From Antedon mediterranea (Eukaryota; Animalia; Echinodermata): a stretch of DNA of 64,000 nucleotides. The notes beneath the pieces were generated by a model. It saw nothing but the letters and a program-made list of their open reading frames with translations, was not told the origin of the DNA and ran no database searches. Where the stretch lies: NCBI RefSeq assembly GCF_964355755.1, contig NC_092678.1:2186422-2250421 (forward strand). The letters run 5' to 3'. Shown here piece after piece: positions 1-12,996 of this stretch. Position 1 is the stretch's first letter; every line of letters begins with the position of its first letter. A program made the translations under genes and the position numbers.

Positions 1-793
1 TGATTTGATGATTAAACGTATTCATTACAGGACTTCATTTATGAATATACTGTATTCTTGCAATGTCATCAAGGATAATGATATGAATAATGTATTGAAA
101 ACAGAATTATATTATTCAATCATACTTTTATTTAAATCATTCAATATATGAATATAATAATTTTCCTATTTGCGAAACATAATGGATTTGGTAATTTACA
201 ATAATAACCTCTGCTTTTACAGAAAACTGAAGATATTGTATTTATGCGACCAATGCAAAGTAATTATAAATCATAGAGTCTTGCTATTGCAGAAAGCATG
301 ATTCATAATATGTAAATCTTTATATCATTAAATCTATCTAATAAGAAGTGTCTAACATCAACGAAATACAAGCATGAATAGAGTTATTTTGCCAAATGAC
401 ATTCTCGCTTTTTTAATCACAGAAATTATAGTCTAATCTAACAGACTCATTATAACAGTGAAGTAGTTTGATTGCTTTGATATTATTCAGAAAAAATAAT
501 CAATTACTTGTAGCTTGAACACCAGTGTTAAGTTGCTTTAGGTGTGTTAGGGATAATTCCTAAAACTATTTTAAAGACGAAGTGATGATTGTGAAATTAA
601 ACACTGATTACAACAATCCTTAACAATCACAGAAATTAATGACTGAAAATTATGAAAATAAAAATATGCAAAAATACAAGACTTGACAAAAACATGGTCA
701 TTAAATTTGAAGAGATACAAAATTTATTTGGTAATTGTACCTTTTCATACCAAGTTACTATAAGGCTCAATACAAATTGTTCATTAAATATAG

Positions 794-872
794 TGGAGCT
801 GTAGCTTAGTGGCTTACATGGTTGCCTTTCAATCTTAAAGTCAAAGGTTCGATCCTGAACTAGTGCCAGGGT
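794..872 (+). repeat. tRNA-derived SINE head (degenerate)
   Basis: A-box-like TAGCTTAGTGG and B-box GGTTCGATCC with tRNA-like spacing, but no clean cloverleaf. A similar decayed head lies at ~53325-53380. Confidence 0.45.
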
Positions 873-3139
873 TATAAACTCATGAACTCTCGCTACTTAA
901 CTCACACTCCCTATAGCCTCAAATGAGACGAAGGGTTTATGAATCTTGTAGTTTTCATTTTCTTGACAAATTCTCTTGATCCTTAAGGTCTACTAACATT
1001 CCTCCTGTACTCAGCTGGTACTACACAGGAATGAAACATTAGTTTACGATGTTGACAGCTTTTTTTACGACTTCTATTTTGCATCATATCTACTGTGTTG
1101 CTTTATTGCCAAAGGAAAAGACATTTTTTTACGACAGAAACCAATTTCTATTTATTGAGCAATCAAAGTATCTAAATATTTTGTTTCATGATTTGGCAGA
1201 ATATTACACTAGCGAACTACAAAAATACTGACCGTACAGATTGTCAACAAAATAATAAACTAAGGGTAAATCACTAATAGAAATTACTTTTTAAATATAA
1301 TCTCAAAAAAGGATACATGCATTATACAGTAGCTAGAAATTTATTATAGTAATATTTCATATTTTATTTTATCTGTGGATTGCAACTGACAACACTAAAA
1401 ACAATGTTAAAGGGTAAATCCAGAATAGAAATGACTGTTTAAATAAACTGTAGTGTCAGCAGACATAAACATGTTTACTGTTTAATGCCTTTGTGGACAG
1501 GGTGTGTCTCAACAAAACAGGGAGAATGATAGCAGGGTAATGTTTCAAAAACCCCTTTCACCATCTGCTTAAAACTACAGTAAATCAGTGAACATATTTA
1601 ATCAGTGCATGGAGCAACCTACATAAAATGAGAAATGGAACTATTATGATCAAATCTTGTTCTTCTTGTGTTGGGTTACCACAGTACTGAACAGTAATTA
1701 ACATGACTATAGTAATACCGAAATGTATAAATGTCAGGTTTACATTTTTAATGAATAATAAATACATAACATTTAAATGATTGACCCATTTACATTTAAA
1801 TGACATTCTTTAATCATTAGTAATTATGTTTTGTACAGCTAATGAATAATTCATTTTTAACTGATTAAAGTACAGTATATTGTATGCTACAAACAGTATT
1901 ATACTTTTAAAATGGCACTAAAGTTTCTGAGTTCAAATCCAATTTGAATCCACAGTATTTTCATTTCATTATTAAAACCACTACAAATTAAAATATTTTA
2001 TTCCATAAATTAAAAGCAAACTCATTTATGAGTGTTGTTTAAATATTACACATGACATTAAACTTCTGTAGTAGCTAATTTGCTAATAAAGATTAGGACA
2101 AATTAATGCTCGACAAAGAGACTGAATGTCGAGGTACAACAATGGCTTAAAAGAACTATCTACTGTAGATTCATAATGTACGGTGCACATTTGTAAACAG
2201 TGCCATTATTTCTACTATCAAGTGTGTTTACTAGACTGTAGGATTAGCTTTATTGCTAAATTGCAGAATATTTTCTCACTAGTGTATTGAATATAGATAT
2301 TGTTACTGTATAGCAAGCTACTATATACTCTGCCAATTATTGTAGTAGTACTATACTGTAGAACTATACAAATTAGCGCATTAAGGTTTCATGAGTACTG
2401 TTATACAGCAATCGCTAACATTGGAAGGTAGGGAAAATTAGGCCTGGCTCAACTGCTATGAGGTATATATTCTACCATGGACCAGATTTTATTCTCATTT
2501 CAAGGAATAAACATTTTGTTTTTTTTGTTGAGATTTTTCACCACAAAACTATCACTTTATTACTAAGATAATTATTTTAAATCTAGACAATTGAAGTGTC
2601 TCAAACAAGTTAATTCAAATTACAATATTTGGAATGCAGTTTCTATGCTGATTCATTTTACTGTAATCAATACAGTAATTATATTTTCACTAATCTTTAC
2701 TAGTTACCGCTACCTTTATAAGATTAGGCATTCTTGGTCTGTAGGCCTACATTTAAAATGTTAACGATATTTGAAATAATAAACTAAATTGAATTGTTTT
2801 ACAATCATTTGTATTAAATTGTAAATATTGAGTAACACAATAAAATCGCAATTGCAACGAATTTGTCTCAATTTCTTATGCCATAATTCAAAGGATCTCC
2901 TGTATTGTAAAACATATCTTCGCCTTTCAGACAACTGTTCATGCAATTTCGATGAAACAACTCTTACAACCAAAAGGTCATGTCGAGTACTGGATTGGTT
3001 TGAAATGGTTAACGACAACGTCAGTTTGCATTCAACATGACAAACTGAGTAACTATTGTACAACCTAGACTACAGTATGTGACACTCGTTTGGGAAGCCA
3101 TCAAACTTGATTAATCATAAAGCTCTATCTATTCTACAG

Positions 3140-3963
3140 CAGAGGTCCCAACTTCGGAAAGTCCATTCGCAGGAGATTTTGTCGTGAACCACATTCAATT
3201 CGCCGGGGCGTCGAAAGTCAACGCGCGGGGAATCGAAAATCAACAAGCGTCGTTTACATCTCTTAATTAACTAAATATGTTACATATATAATATACAATA
3301 TTTACTCATAAGTTGGCTTAATTTTTACATAGGTTTATCCATCAGTATTTTTACATTCTTATTTTTTTATGGACACATCCTCAGTACAAAGAATTTAAAA
3401 AATATATACTGTATTTTAACTAAAATTCAGTATATAAAATAATTTAATAACTTAATTACATAATGTACAATATTTACGCATGATAGTATTGCCGAATAGA
3501 ATAACTATTTATTCCGTCTTATTCTACATTATTACGCGAGTTAACATATTATTTCAGATGAAAAACATTGAGTTTTATATTGTTTTATCCATACGTAATT
3601 ACACGTTAAAATGTAGGCCGTTTTATGAGGTATTTCGCCGATTTCTTATCGCTGGGAAATTCCCCACCAGCGACATCGATCGATCGAAGAGTAGGCCTAG
3701 CGTGCATGCCGGAACGGGTGGATTATTGCTATATAAAGTTTTAACAAAAGAGCTTACGACAATCTTAGGTAAATTTTTATTAAACGTAGGCCTACTTGCT
3801 TGGCGAATCCATGCCTTTACATTTAACATGTTCATATTATCGGAATCGGGAAATTTGAAAATGCGGTAAAAAAATCAAAATGCGGTAGAAAACGTCGAGA
3901 TAGCGGTAGATGGGTACTAAAAGCGGTAGACTACCGCGAGTAGCGGTAGACTTGGGACCCCTG
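3140..3963. mobile_element. Non-autonomous DNA transposon, hAT-like, with 6-bp TSD
   Basis: TIRs CAGAGGTCCCAA / TTGGGACCCCTG. Flanking direct repeat CTACAG at 3134-3139 and 3964-3969. Subterminal GCGGTA(G/A)A repeats at ~3863-3950. Confidence 0.7.
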
Positions 3964-3969
3964 CTACAG

Positions 3970-4112
3970 TACACTATCAAACTTTATGTAACAACAAAAT
4001 GGTATGTTCCCATGTACAGTACTGTAGGGACATGATGATGTCATATCATTTCCATATTTGGGCACATCACACTTTTTTTGTCAAACTAGTTTTGATATTG
4101 TAGACAGAGCTT
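3970..4112. mobile_element. Short MITE family with TIR AGCTCTGTCTACACTATCAAAC; other copies at ~7064-7200, ~34640-34723, ~49873-49980
   Basis: The same block (GCCCAAATATGGTAGTGAT...TTTGATAGTGTAGACAGAGCTT) recurs four times in the window in both orientations. The T(T/A)A flanks suggest PIF/Harbinger type. Confidence 0.65.
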
Positions 4113-5711
4113 AAAGCAAGCTCTTTTCTCTACCAGAAACATTTGAATACCTCTGAATTAAAACATATAAGAAAAAAAAACCTAACCCATTGGAAAGAAA
4201 AAACGACACAAAAAAGAGAGTTACCGATAACAAAAAAAGTTACATCGGCTGTAACAGTAACACTGATATGATTCAGATTTTTATAAAAGCTTAATCCATT
4301 TTATCATGAATAACTCTAGTGTATGTGAACACAGACAATCATTGATCATGATGAGGAAATGTGAAAGTAACTGTAAAACATAAACATTATTTTAAATCAC
4401 CAACAACCATTAATTGAGCTCCATCAAATATGTTCCAACAAACTTTAATTCATACTATAAATTTTGATGAGGCCATTAAAGAATAATCTTTTAGGCTGAC
4501 ATTAAAAATTGAAAAAACAACCTTTTCTAAGTCTTTAATTACCACCTGAGCAACTTATTTCATCAGGATTCAATAACAAAAAGAGGTTCTTCAGGAAAAA
4601 TCACTGCCTGTTATTTTTTTGAATGAATTGAATCATTTAATAACTAATAACATTATTATTTTATGTGACTATATCGCTATCAAAGTACAGTATTTTAAAT
4701 CTCAACAGACTTGGAAAGTGTCTATCTTATGCATAGTCTAAAAGCTATTAAATTACTAGATATCATGCAATGAATATTTGAATAAATTTGCATATAATTA
4801 TAATACACTTCAAAGAATTCTTTCTATCTATTTCAGTGACCTTGGACACCATCTTGTAAGATGAGTCACATTGTAATTTTTTTTTATTTGAAGTTTTGAA
4901 TAAACAGCTACAGTATGTATTTATGTTTCAACTATTCTATTTCAAACTATTATCTATTCAAAAATTCTCAAAAATATTATTTGAAATCAATGAATGTATA
5001 GTATAATTAGTTCCGTTTGTAGTGTGACATATGACATTTAAAACGTAGAATACAAGCTAATTGATAAATACCTATTAGATTATTTCACAAAAACCTAGCC
5101 ATGATACAAATTTATCATTTTTTCAAAGGGCCCTTTTTTTTCTGGTGATTTTCTTTTACATCCATTTTTTAACTACAGTATAATAATAGAAAGTGTTTTT
5201 TTTTTGTTATTTCATTTTCTTATTGTGTTTTGTTGTTGTTTAATTTAGTATTCAGATTCATTTTAACAGGGTTACATTAGTTGATAATCAATAATTTTCA
5301 TAGTATTTCTATGTCTTAATAATAATATACTGTATGTACTGTATGGCTGTCAATGCCTTATTACTGTATGGGATAATACTCCATGCTTATTATAATGCAG
5401 AATATGTTTAAAGGTACTTAAAATACAATTCTTTTTACATGCTTGAATGACGCCATTCACTAACAATAACGAAATTATACAGTATACAAAAATACACTCT
5501 TCTATTAAATGCAATATCACGGAGTCTGGCTGGCATAAACACAGTGGTAAAACCTAATTGTACATCAGTGATACAGTATATAACAAGGCAGGTATTCCGT
5601 TTTTTTGAGTACAATATTGTATCTTAATTCAAGATACAGGTACTGTACATAACAGTAGAGGGAGCTTTTGATTTGTGACAACTGAGGACCGTGGACCAAC
5701 CTAGGTCAGGT

Positions 5712-5740
5712 CATAGAGATATCACTATAATATCTCTATG
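5712..5740. mobile_element. 29-bp inverted-repeat insertion with 7-bp TSD (possible transposon excision footprint)
   Basis: CATAGAGATAT-cactata-ATATCTCTATG flanked by GTCAGGT at 5705-5711 and 5741-5747. Confidence 0.55.
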
Positions 5741-6323
5741 GTCAGGTCAATCGCTACTAAATTCAAATACCCTTTAAAAATATTTAAAGATAACACCTTT
5801 ATGGTGAACATGGTTTTCCGTAGCAAAAAGTAAAGATTGTATCAATTGTTATTATTACTAACTAATAAAGCTATACATATTATTAAGTATCTTAATATTA
5901 ACATAATTCATAAAAATTTTAATATCAAAAAGCTTTTAAAAATATATTAGTCACAATCTTCTTTAATAATTCTAGTCACGTAACATACCTAAGAAGAACC
6001 CTAATCTTATATGAAACAAGCCCATCCCTTATTAGGTACCATCTTGAACAGAGCAAAGATGTCATACATTTTATAGTTACTAAGGCAATAAATAATAATA
6101 TATACACGTACTACAGGCAATATAATTTATTCTAGAAGAGAAATCTTGTCATGTTAATCCCTTGTTAAAAAAAGCTTTTGGATTTGGATAAATTGCTTTA
6201 TAAAAAAAACCAGAATATTTGTAATAAGTTAAGATACATTGTTAAGGTTGGCATCAAGCTCATTTAAAAGTTTGGGACGAGAAACAAAAATAAAATTGAG
6301 ATATCCCTAGTCCAACTATTTAA

Positions 6324-6950
6324 AGACCCCTTCCCTGCAATTTTGGACGTTTTTTGGAAAATAATACATATATATCACTTTAAAAACATTAAACCATGTC
6401 ATTCCTTGTCTTAAATGTACGTTTTATAATAAATTATGATAAATTATGATAAAAAGTGAGAAACAATGCACTACCTAAGTAGCTCGCGGCGATCGACCTC
6501 TCGTGGACGGTCTTAGGCCTAGCCTAGCTAGGCTTAGTTTTGTAGGCCCAGCTGGTAAACATCGGTAACGTACGAACATCGTACGCTAGCTATATACCTA
6601 GCCTGACGTTGTATAGTTGCTGCATTAATTGTCTTTCTATTTTTGCCAGACTCCGTTGATACAAATTGGGGAAAACCCGGTATTTTCGCTGAAAAGTTAG
6701 GAGTATTCCATTTGTTTTGGCCTCACGATCGATCGAAAAGTGGGCGAATTACAGGTGAAAAACAAAAATATCAATCCGCGCGCAATGCATTTTGGGATTT
6801 ATAGCGGGCCGCTATAATTATTAGAATCGACTTATTTTTCACCGTTTAAAGACGAAAAAAGTTATCGCAATAGGACCATATAGTATTATTTTTACATTAA
6901 ATATAGTTTGTGATCTTAAATTAGATCTAAAAAACGTAGGGAAGGGGGCT
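6324..6950. mobile_element. Non-autonomous Kolobok-like DNA transposon, copy 1
   Basis: TTAA on both sides (6320-6323, 6951-6954). Short TIR AGACCCCTTCCCT / AGGGAAGGGGGCT. A near-identical inverted copy lies at 53557-54171. Confidence 0.75.
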
Positions 6951-8410
6951 TTAACTGAACTGCGTATGCTATTAACATCATTTTTTATAGAAATCAATGC
7001 GAAAAAATGTATCAAATAATATTTGAGCATTTACAGTATAACATGGACTGCTAAGAAACATCTAAGCTCTGTACAGGTATGTGCCCAAATATGGTAGTGA
7101 TATGGCCAAATATGGTAGTGATACAGTAACATCATCATGTCCATATATGGGTACATCACATTTGTTGTCGCATAATGTTTGATAGTGTAGACAGAGCTTA
7201 AAATGGCAGTGAACATACTGCACACCATATGTTAATAACATTACACATTTCATTAACTCTGCATAAAGCAGAAATCAATAATTGGAACATGATATGCAGT
7301 TATTTACTCCTAAGCTGTAACAATCAGCTAACCTACAAAATGACCCCTTAATTATAATAATCATAATACCAAACAACCACCAAATTAGGATGCATGAACG
7401 ACACACATTTTAGCTTCCATGTTGTTTGTAGTTAATTAACATAAAAGGAAAACTAAGAAGGGGGGTCTGTTAAAAATCTTTATTAAAATCATTTTTTAAA
7501 TTGACCAAAGAGATATTTAATAGCTACTGTATGATACCTTGTTTTCACAGACAAATGATGATTTTATAGTTGACCCTCACTGGATCTCCTTCCAGGAAAA
7601 ATATTGTGGGAGGTTTGAATAATAGTTAGTAAAGGCTTAGAGGTTTGCACAGTTTACAGATACAGTATCATATTATGTCTCGGCAAATTTAAACTTATTT
7701 GGCATGTATTGACCAATTTCTAACAAAATAAGCTTTACAATGCTACTTACATCTTGCAGTTTTGATGGCATCATTTTTTTATTAAGGTGATTTACTAGGT
7801 CCAACTGTATTCTTGATGCCATTTCTTTCACTCTACAAAAGAAATATAATTCAAGTTCAAATGTGTATGAAAGTAATCAAATATAGGGGCACGGTCTGGT
7901 TTCCCACAGGACTAAATATTACCATACCACTGTACCATAGAAATTACTTTATTAATGCTCATACAATTAGATCTTTAGCATGGTTTTCCCATTTCATTTA
8001 TTTATGGATTTGTAAAAGGGCGCTTTATTTTAAATTATTTACTGTACCACACCCATCACTTGATTACAGTTCCAAATCTGATAAGAACTAAGGTTATGTT
8101 TATATATTGACAAACAACAATTATTTTATGCAGGTCCGTTAATTCAATTTTTTTATATTTTATCTTGATTATAGATTTTTATGATTTGGAACCTGAAGAT
8201 GACACTGTAGAAAATATCTGATAGTAGAACAAGTTTTCTCAGATACAAGTGCTGTACATAATCAAAAGTGTACAACACATTTGTAAGGAGGAAGGGTGGA
8301 TTAACTAACTGCTGTACAACACCTGTTGTGGATAATATTATGGGATGAGTAATTACAGTAATTAATATAATTTTGATTTATTACAATTTTCATTACAATT
8401 TGGTGCTAGT

Positions 8411-8506
8411 GTAAAATTCTCATTAAGACGTGTAGGCTAATATTATATTGTCATGTATTAAATTCTTATTAAGACGTGTAGGCTAATATTGTATTGTCAT
8501 GTATTA
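8411..8506. repeat. Tandem duplication of a ~47-bp unit (x2)
   Basis: TAAAATTCTYATTAAGACGTGTAGGCTAATATTRTATTGTCATGTAT occurs twice in tandem. Confidence 0.8.
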
Positions 8507-10254
8507 ATTATAATCATAATATAATATATAACTTTTTTTATGAAATAATATTATACAAATAATGAATAAATTATATATAATTACTGTATATATATAATTT
8601 ATTTATTATTTGTATATTATATAATAATAATAAATAAATTATTTATTCAATAGATAATGATTTCTGTATTTCTCTTATACTGAGTAATAGTTTACAAATA
8701 TTGATGATTTACGTACAATGCAAATCCATCTTCAATTAGATTTATGACGTAGTGTATGATCAGATTTATTGACTATAATTATTTACGAGTTGGGCAAATT
8801 GTGAATTTTATAAAGGATGGTATAATATTATTATGAAATGAAATAATAACTACTGGTACGGTAAGTGAAACGTTCAATATTGACACTGTACTACTACTGA
8901 TAAATTTAGAAAAACAAACATGTTAAATGGATCCAAAAATAATCATTATTAAATGTATACAGTAATTCATAATTGTCAGCATATTATTATGTTTATTTAT
9001 TGTATGCAAGGCTCGCAGAATAACCTGCCTGATTTTCTTGGGCCACCGAAAAAGCATGTCGAACATAGAATTTCAATGCAGGTGGAAAAGGAAAATGGAA
9101 ATTAACTAATGGTTTTTATCACAAAACAATTTTACAATATATATGGGCAGGTAAAACTTGTTTGGGAGCAACCAAATTGTAGCCCAATTCTGCGAATCAA
9201 ATGTTTGACAGGAAAGAAAAGCTTGAAATAAAACCTTCTAAAGCTCAGGGAAAAAAGAAAATAAATGATTAATTTGTGATAAAGAAAACAAATGTGTTAC
9301 AAAATCATAAATGATCAATTATTAAATCATATGCATCATTAAAAAAAGACCAATCTATCCCTTTCATATTGAATATTCAGTTGACATGGTTGGTGCTGCT
9401 TAAAATCCTATTAAGTTTTTTCTCACCAAAAAACGATAACAAAACACTGTAAGCGCACTCCTAAATATGTGTACATTTTCCTGTGAATGGATTTTTATCA
9501 GAAAAGTAAAACAAAAATGATCTGCCAGTCATTGAAAGACGCAGAAGCAACAATTATTAATGAGGCAGGCACTGACTTAATTGACGCAGGCAGTCAGGCA
9601 GAAGAAAAAGATCCTGATGAGGCCTAAGCCTGAGAAGCCTAGCTAGTTAGCAGGTACTTACTCTTCCAAAGAAGGCACTGATGTATCTAATGTAAAAGTT
9701 CCAACTATACTGAAAATTAAAAGGTAAATAACAGCCCAGTAAGATGCCATTTTAAGCACTAAGTTCTCTCAAAAAAGGAGAGAATCGCTGGATTTTATTA
9801 GCTACGATAAGACATCAGACTACACTGGCAGACTATAAAATGGTATTGTGAATTTTGTGTTGACACTTTTTTGACAGTCGTCTTAAATGGCGCCCTCTCT
9901 AGTTTAGTAAGTCAATACTTATTTGTTCTTATAAAATTTGTATTTCAAGTACATATTATTGTTTCGTGACTAGTTAATACAAATCAAATTATAAAATGTT
10001 TTACAGCTAGGAGAAAGGAAAATACCCTCTTCGATTAAATTGATCATGAAAAAGTATTGTTGCAAAAAAAGGATTTGAAAGATTCTCTACTATAATGTTT
10101 TGTTTATGAATGTATTTTGATGAGAAGTTATAATCTTACTTGAAGAGTAAAATTATAACTAAATTTCATTAAACTATTGCCCAACTCCAGCCACATAGTT
10201 ATTATATCCAACAGCTTAAAAACTGATTACTACTTGAACAAAGGAGATAAGTAA

Positions 10255-10345
10255 CTCTGAGAATGTAGACCCAGATCTGTTTTTAACCAAATTGAATTTT
10301 ACCAGAACTAGAGGATATTCATACCAATTGTTTAAAAAGCAACTA
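10255..10345 (+). pseudogene. Possible CR1/L2 LINE ORF2 3' remnant, interrupted by the outer transposon
   Basis: Translates ENVDPDLFLTKLNFTRTRGYSYQLFKKQ, resembling the TRGH.xKL motif near the C-terminus of CR1-clade ORF2. Confidence 0.4.
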
Positions 10346-11092
10346 TAGTCCAGTCAAAAATCACCCTCACCATGGTATAAGAACGTACCCTAATAAAATT
10401 TCATCCGTAGGTTCTATGTATATAGGTAATAACATTTCTTGATGTTGCGTCTTGCAAAACTTGGGATTTTACGAGAAAATTTGACTTTTATACCCAATTT
10501 ATAACTACCTCATGTCGTATTATTGTGTACAGCGAATGCGACGAAGCGTGACTGAAATTATGAGACGCCGTTTGCGCCCGTTGAAAAATGCATTAACAAA
10601 GCTAAAAACCTATAAAAATTAATAGTTTATACAATAATTTAAATATAGTTTACAATAAATTGTATAATAAAATACATAACATATAAAGAAAACTCAAGTA
10701 TAATCTCAAATATTTACAGATATGTGTTTAAAAATGTACAAATCAAAATGGCCTTCCATAAAATAAAGTGCGCCCTCACTCGTCATACTTTTATCGGACT
10801 TGTATGGATGGTTATACAAGGCATTAATAATACGAAACCCGATGCGGTTTGTTAGTTATTGCCTCTGCAAGAGGCAGAATATTATATTTTCACAAATATA
10901 TTTCTAGTTTTTATCATGGAAAAAAAGAATTGTATATATTTAAACACATTACAACCTCCAGTCTACCATCATGATGGATTAAGTGAAGCGCCGTATTGTA
11001 TATGCTATAGCGTAATGATCTTCTAGTTATCTGGTTATATTCTGGACATTCTTTTTTTCACAGCATTACTTGCGTGGATATCACAATGCATT
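10346..11092 (+). repeat. Left TIR of outer element
   Basis: Reverse complement of 28566-29311 with scattered mismatches. Patchy similarity continues inward to ~11520. Confidence 0.92.
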
Positions 11093-11662
11093 TGTTTATT
11101 CGCGATTATAGTCAATATTAATTTGAGTAAGAATCATTTTTAAATGACAGTCCATTTCGCGTATACGATATAATAAAGATTTAAATTAATAAAGTACTCT
11201 GAAATATTTTCTCATTGGTTATCCGCAACAAAGAATCCTTGTGATTGTTAGTTTTGTTTAATTTTCTTTGAATTGTTTATTGGCATCGTATGATGTGTGA
11301 GACAATTTCGTGTTTTAGAAAATGTAATCCTGCCACCGAAGATTCTTTCTGTTCGAAGACTTCTGACGGATAACTGTGTTATTCTTTTACATTTAATTAA
11401 TTAATTAATGTTCATCTTCACTTTTGGGAAAAATAGCCTACATCTTTTATGTTTAAAACGTAAGTTTATAAGCATTTGAATAAGCCAACAAATTAAACTA
11501 CTGTGTTCTCCCAAGCTTTTTAAATTTTATTTAAATGCATTAAAATGTGTCGGACTCGGCGGATAACAATATTTGAAATAAATGCATATAAAACTTTTGT
11601 TCTGGACTTTACTTTTTTGTCCCAAGTGAGAACTTTCAGGCCGTGGAGGTGAACCGATCGTT

Positions 11663-11930
11663 AGTAGTATATGGAGTACTTCAGAGGGGAATGGAATGTC
11701 ATACCCCGAGGGCATATTTCATATTTCTATTGTTTAATTTCCAGGTATTGTATTAATAATTAGTGGAAGGTCATTCTTTGTACCAGACCGGAAAGGAATG
11801 TCATTTCCCTAGGGTATATAATATATTTTCTATTGTTTAATTTCCTGTTATTGTAATATTAATTAGCGAAAGGTCATTCTTTGTTAGAGAAGGGGGTTTG
11901 TTATTTTGGCGGGGTTTTCATTTTGGCCTG
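11663..11930 (+). repeat. Polinton left TIR (~270 bp; diverged extension to ~12069)
   Basis: Reverse complement of 27699-27967 with few mismatches. Contains a ~100-bp internal tandem duplication. Confidence 0.95.
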
Positions 11931-12188
11931 GGTTAAAATATATTAGTGAAGGTAGTTCTTTGTTTGAGGATTGCTATTGTTATTTTTAGGCGGTTTGACC
12001 ATTGCATAGGTCACCTTTGTTTAGTATTTCCTAATTTCTTTTGTTCATTGTTCTTTTTGTTTGGTACAATAGTTTTGTTTTTTATATTTTAGAGCCGTTT
12101 CTTTTTAGACATTGTAAGAAGAGGGACTGCTTTTTGTGACCTTTCCAGTTGTTTCGTCTATTTTATCGTAGAGTTACAGTATTTCGCT

Positions 12189-12740
12189 ATGTCTGGAAGT
12201 ATAGATTTTTCGTTAGGTAGCTGTGTAGATACAGTTATAATTATTAGCGATGATGAGGAGACTGTTGTTACAGGTAACGATATCGGTGGTCGGTACATGC
12301 GGACCAATGAGGGTGTACCCGCCGGTGTTGATGAAGGAGATGAGAGGGGTAGCCGGGCTACAAGTTGTATATTTACGTACGTAGATGAGGTGGAGAGAGA
12401 ATTTTTATTGAAATTGGAATATTTAACCAGAGAAGTGTTTGTTTCTCAAATGTTAAACATGTGTTGGATGTTAAGTAAAGCGGCTTGTTATGGTTGCGAA
12501 TTTGATAGGCCTGGTCAAAAAGATCATGACTTCTGTTTAATGAAATCTCCAGAAGAACAGATTGATTATTTTTATCGGGAGGTTCTGGATAAAGAGTATG
12601 TTACAGACGATACCGTGTACAGCGAGCTGAATAAGTACGAGGAATATTCATTACCACGGTATAGACATTTTGTTTACTTTCTCGTAAATACCTTGACTAA
12701 TTCAGAGAACCTGTATAAGTTATTGTGTGAGGATATCTAA
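12189..12740 (+). CDS. Polinton accessory protein, 183 aa, acidic; putative SUMO-interacting motif and Cys/His cluster
   Basis: Open 183-aa ORF just inside the left TIR. Motifs VIIISDDEE and CYGCEFDRPGQKDHDFC. Confidence 0.7.
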   Translation: MSGSIDFSLGSCVDTVIIISDDEETVVTGNDIGGRYMRTNEGVPAGVDEGDERGSRATSCIFTYVDEVEREFLLKLEYLTREVFVSQMLNMCWMLSKAACYGCEFDRPGQKDHDFCLMKSPEEQIDYFYREVLDKEYVTDDTVYSELNKYEEYSLPRYRHFVYFLVNTLTNSENLYKLLCEDI

Positions 12741-12749
12741 AACGTGTTT

Positions 12750-12935
12750 CGCACGTGCCACGGAACAACGATTGACCGGAAAACAAACAATTAACAATGC
12801 TTTAAGCCGCACGTGTTGTAGGGAGACAATTGATAGGAAAAACAATTAACAACGCTTTAGGCTAATTACTTTTAAAATGGTACTTCCGTACTCAACTGTA
12901 TATATATCGGACCTGATGCAAACGAAATCATTCAG
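12750..12935 (+). promoter_or_regulatory. Putative promoter of the PC4-like gene
   Basis: Two imperfect ~58-bp units, each starting CGCACGTG (E-box) and containing AACAATTAACAA. Then TATATATA at ~12899 and an Inr-like TCATT ~30 bp downstream. Confidence 0.5.
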
Positions 12936-12996
12936 AACTATCAACCATCATTCGTTTCACTCTCTCTGTACATCACTCTACATACAATCGCTCAAC

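Noticed and set aside
794-872. Functional tRNA gene
   Set aside because: A and B boxes are present but the acceptor and anticodon stems do not pair convincingly; better read as a SINE head.
2761-3063. Possible exon or small gene (ORFs on both strands, acceptor-like TTTCAG at ~2930, EYWIGL in one frame)
   Set aside because: No recognisable domain and no linkable neighbouring exons; cannot be supported.
6839-7030. Shared peptide KAPFPTFFRSNLRSQTIFNVK in ORFs 6839-7030 and 53522-53728
   Set aside because: Explained by the two copies of the non-coding Kolobok-like repeat.
9000-9850. Coding-like purine-rich stretch upstream of the outer element
   Set aside because: Frames are short and interrupted, and I found no recognisable family or consistent splice chain.
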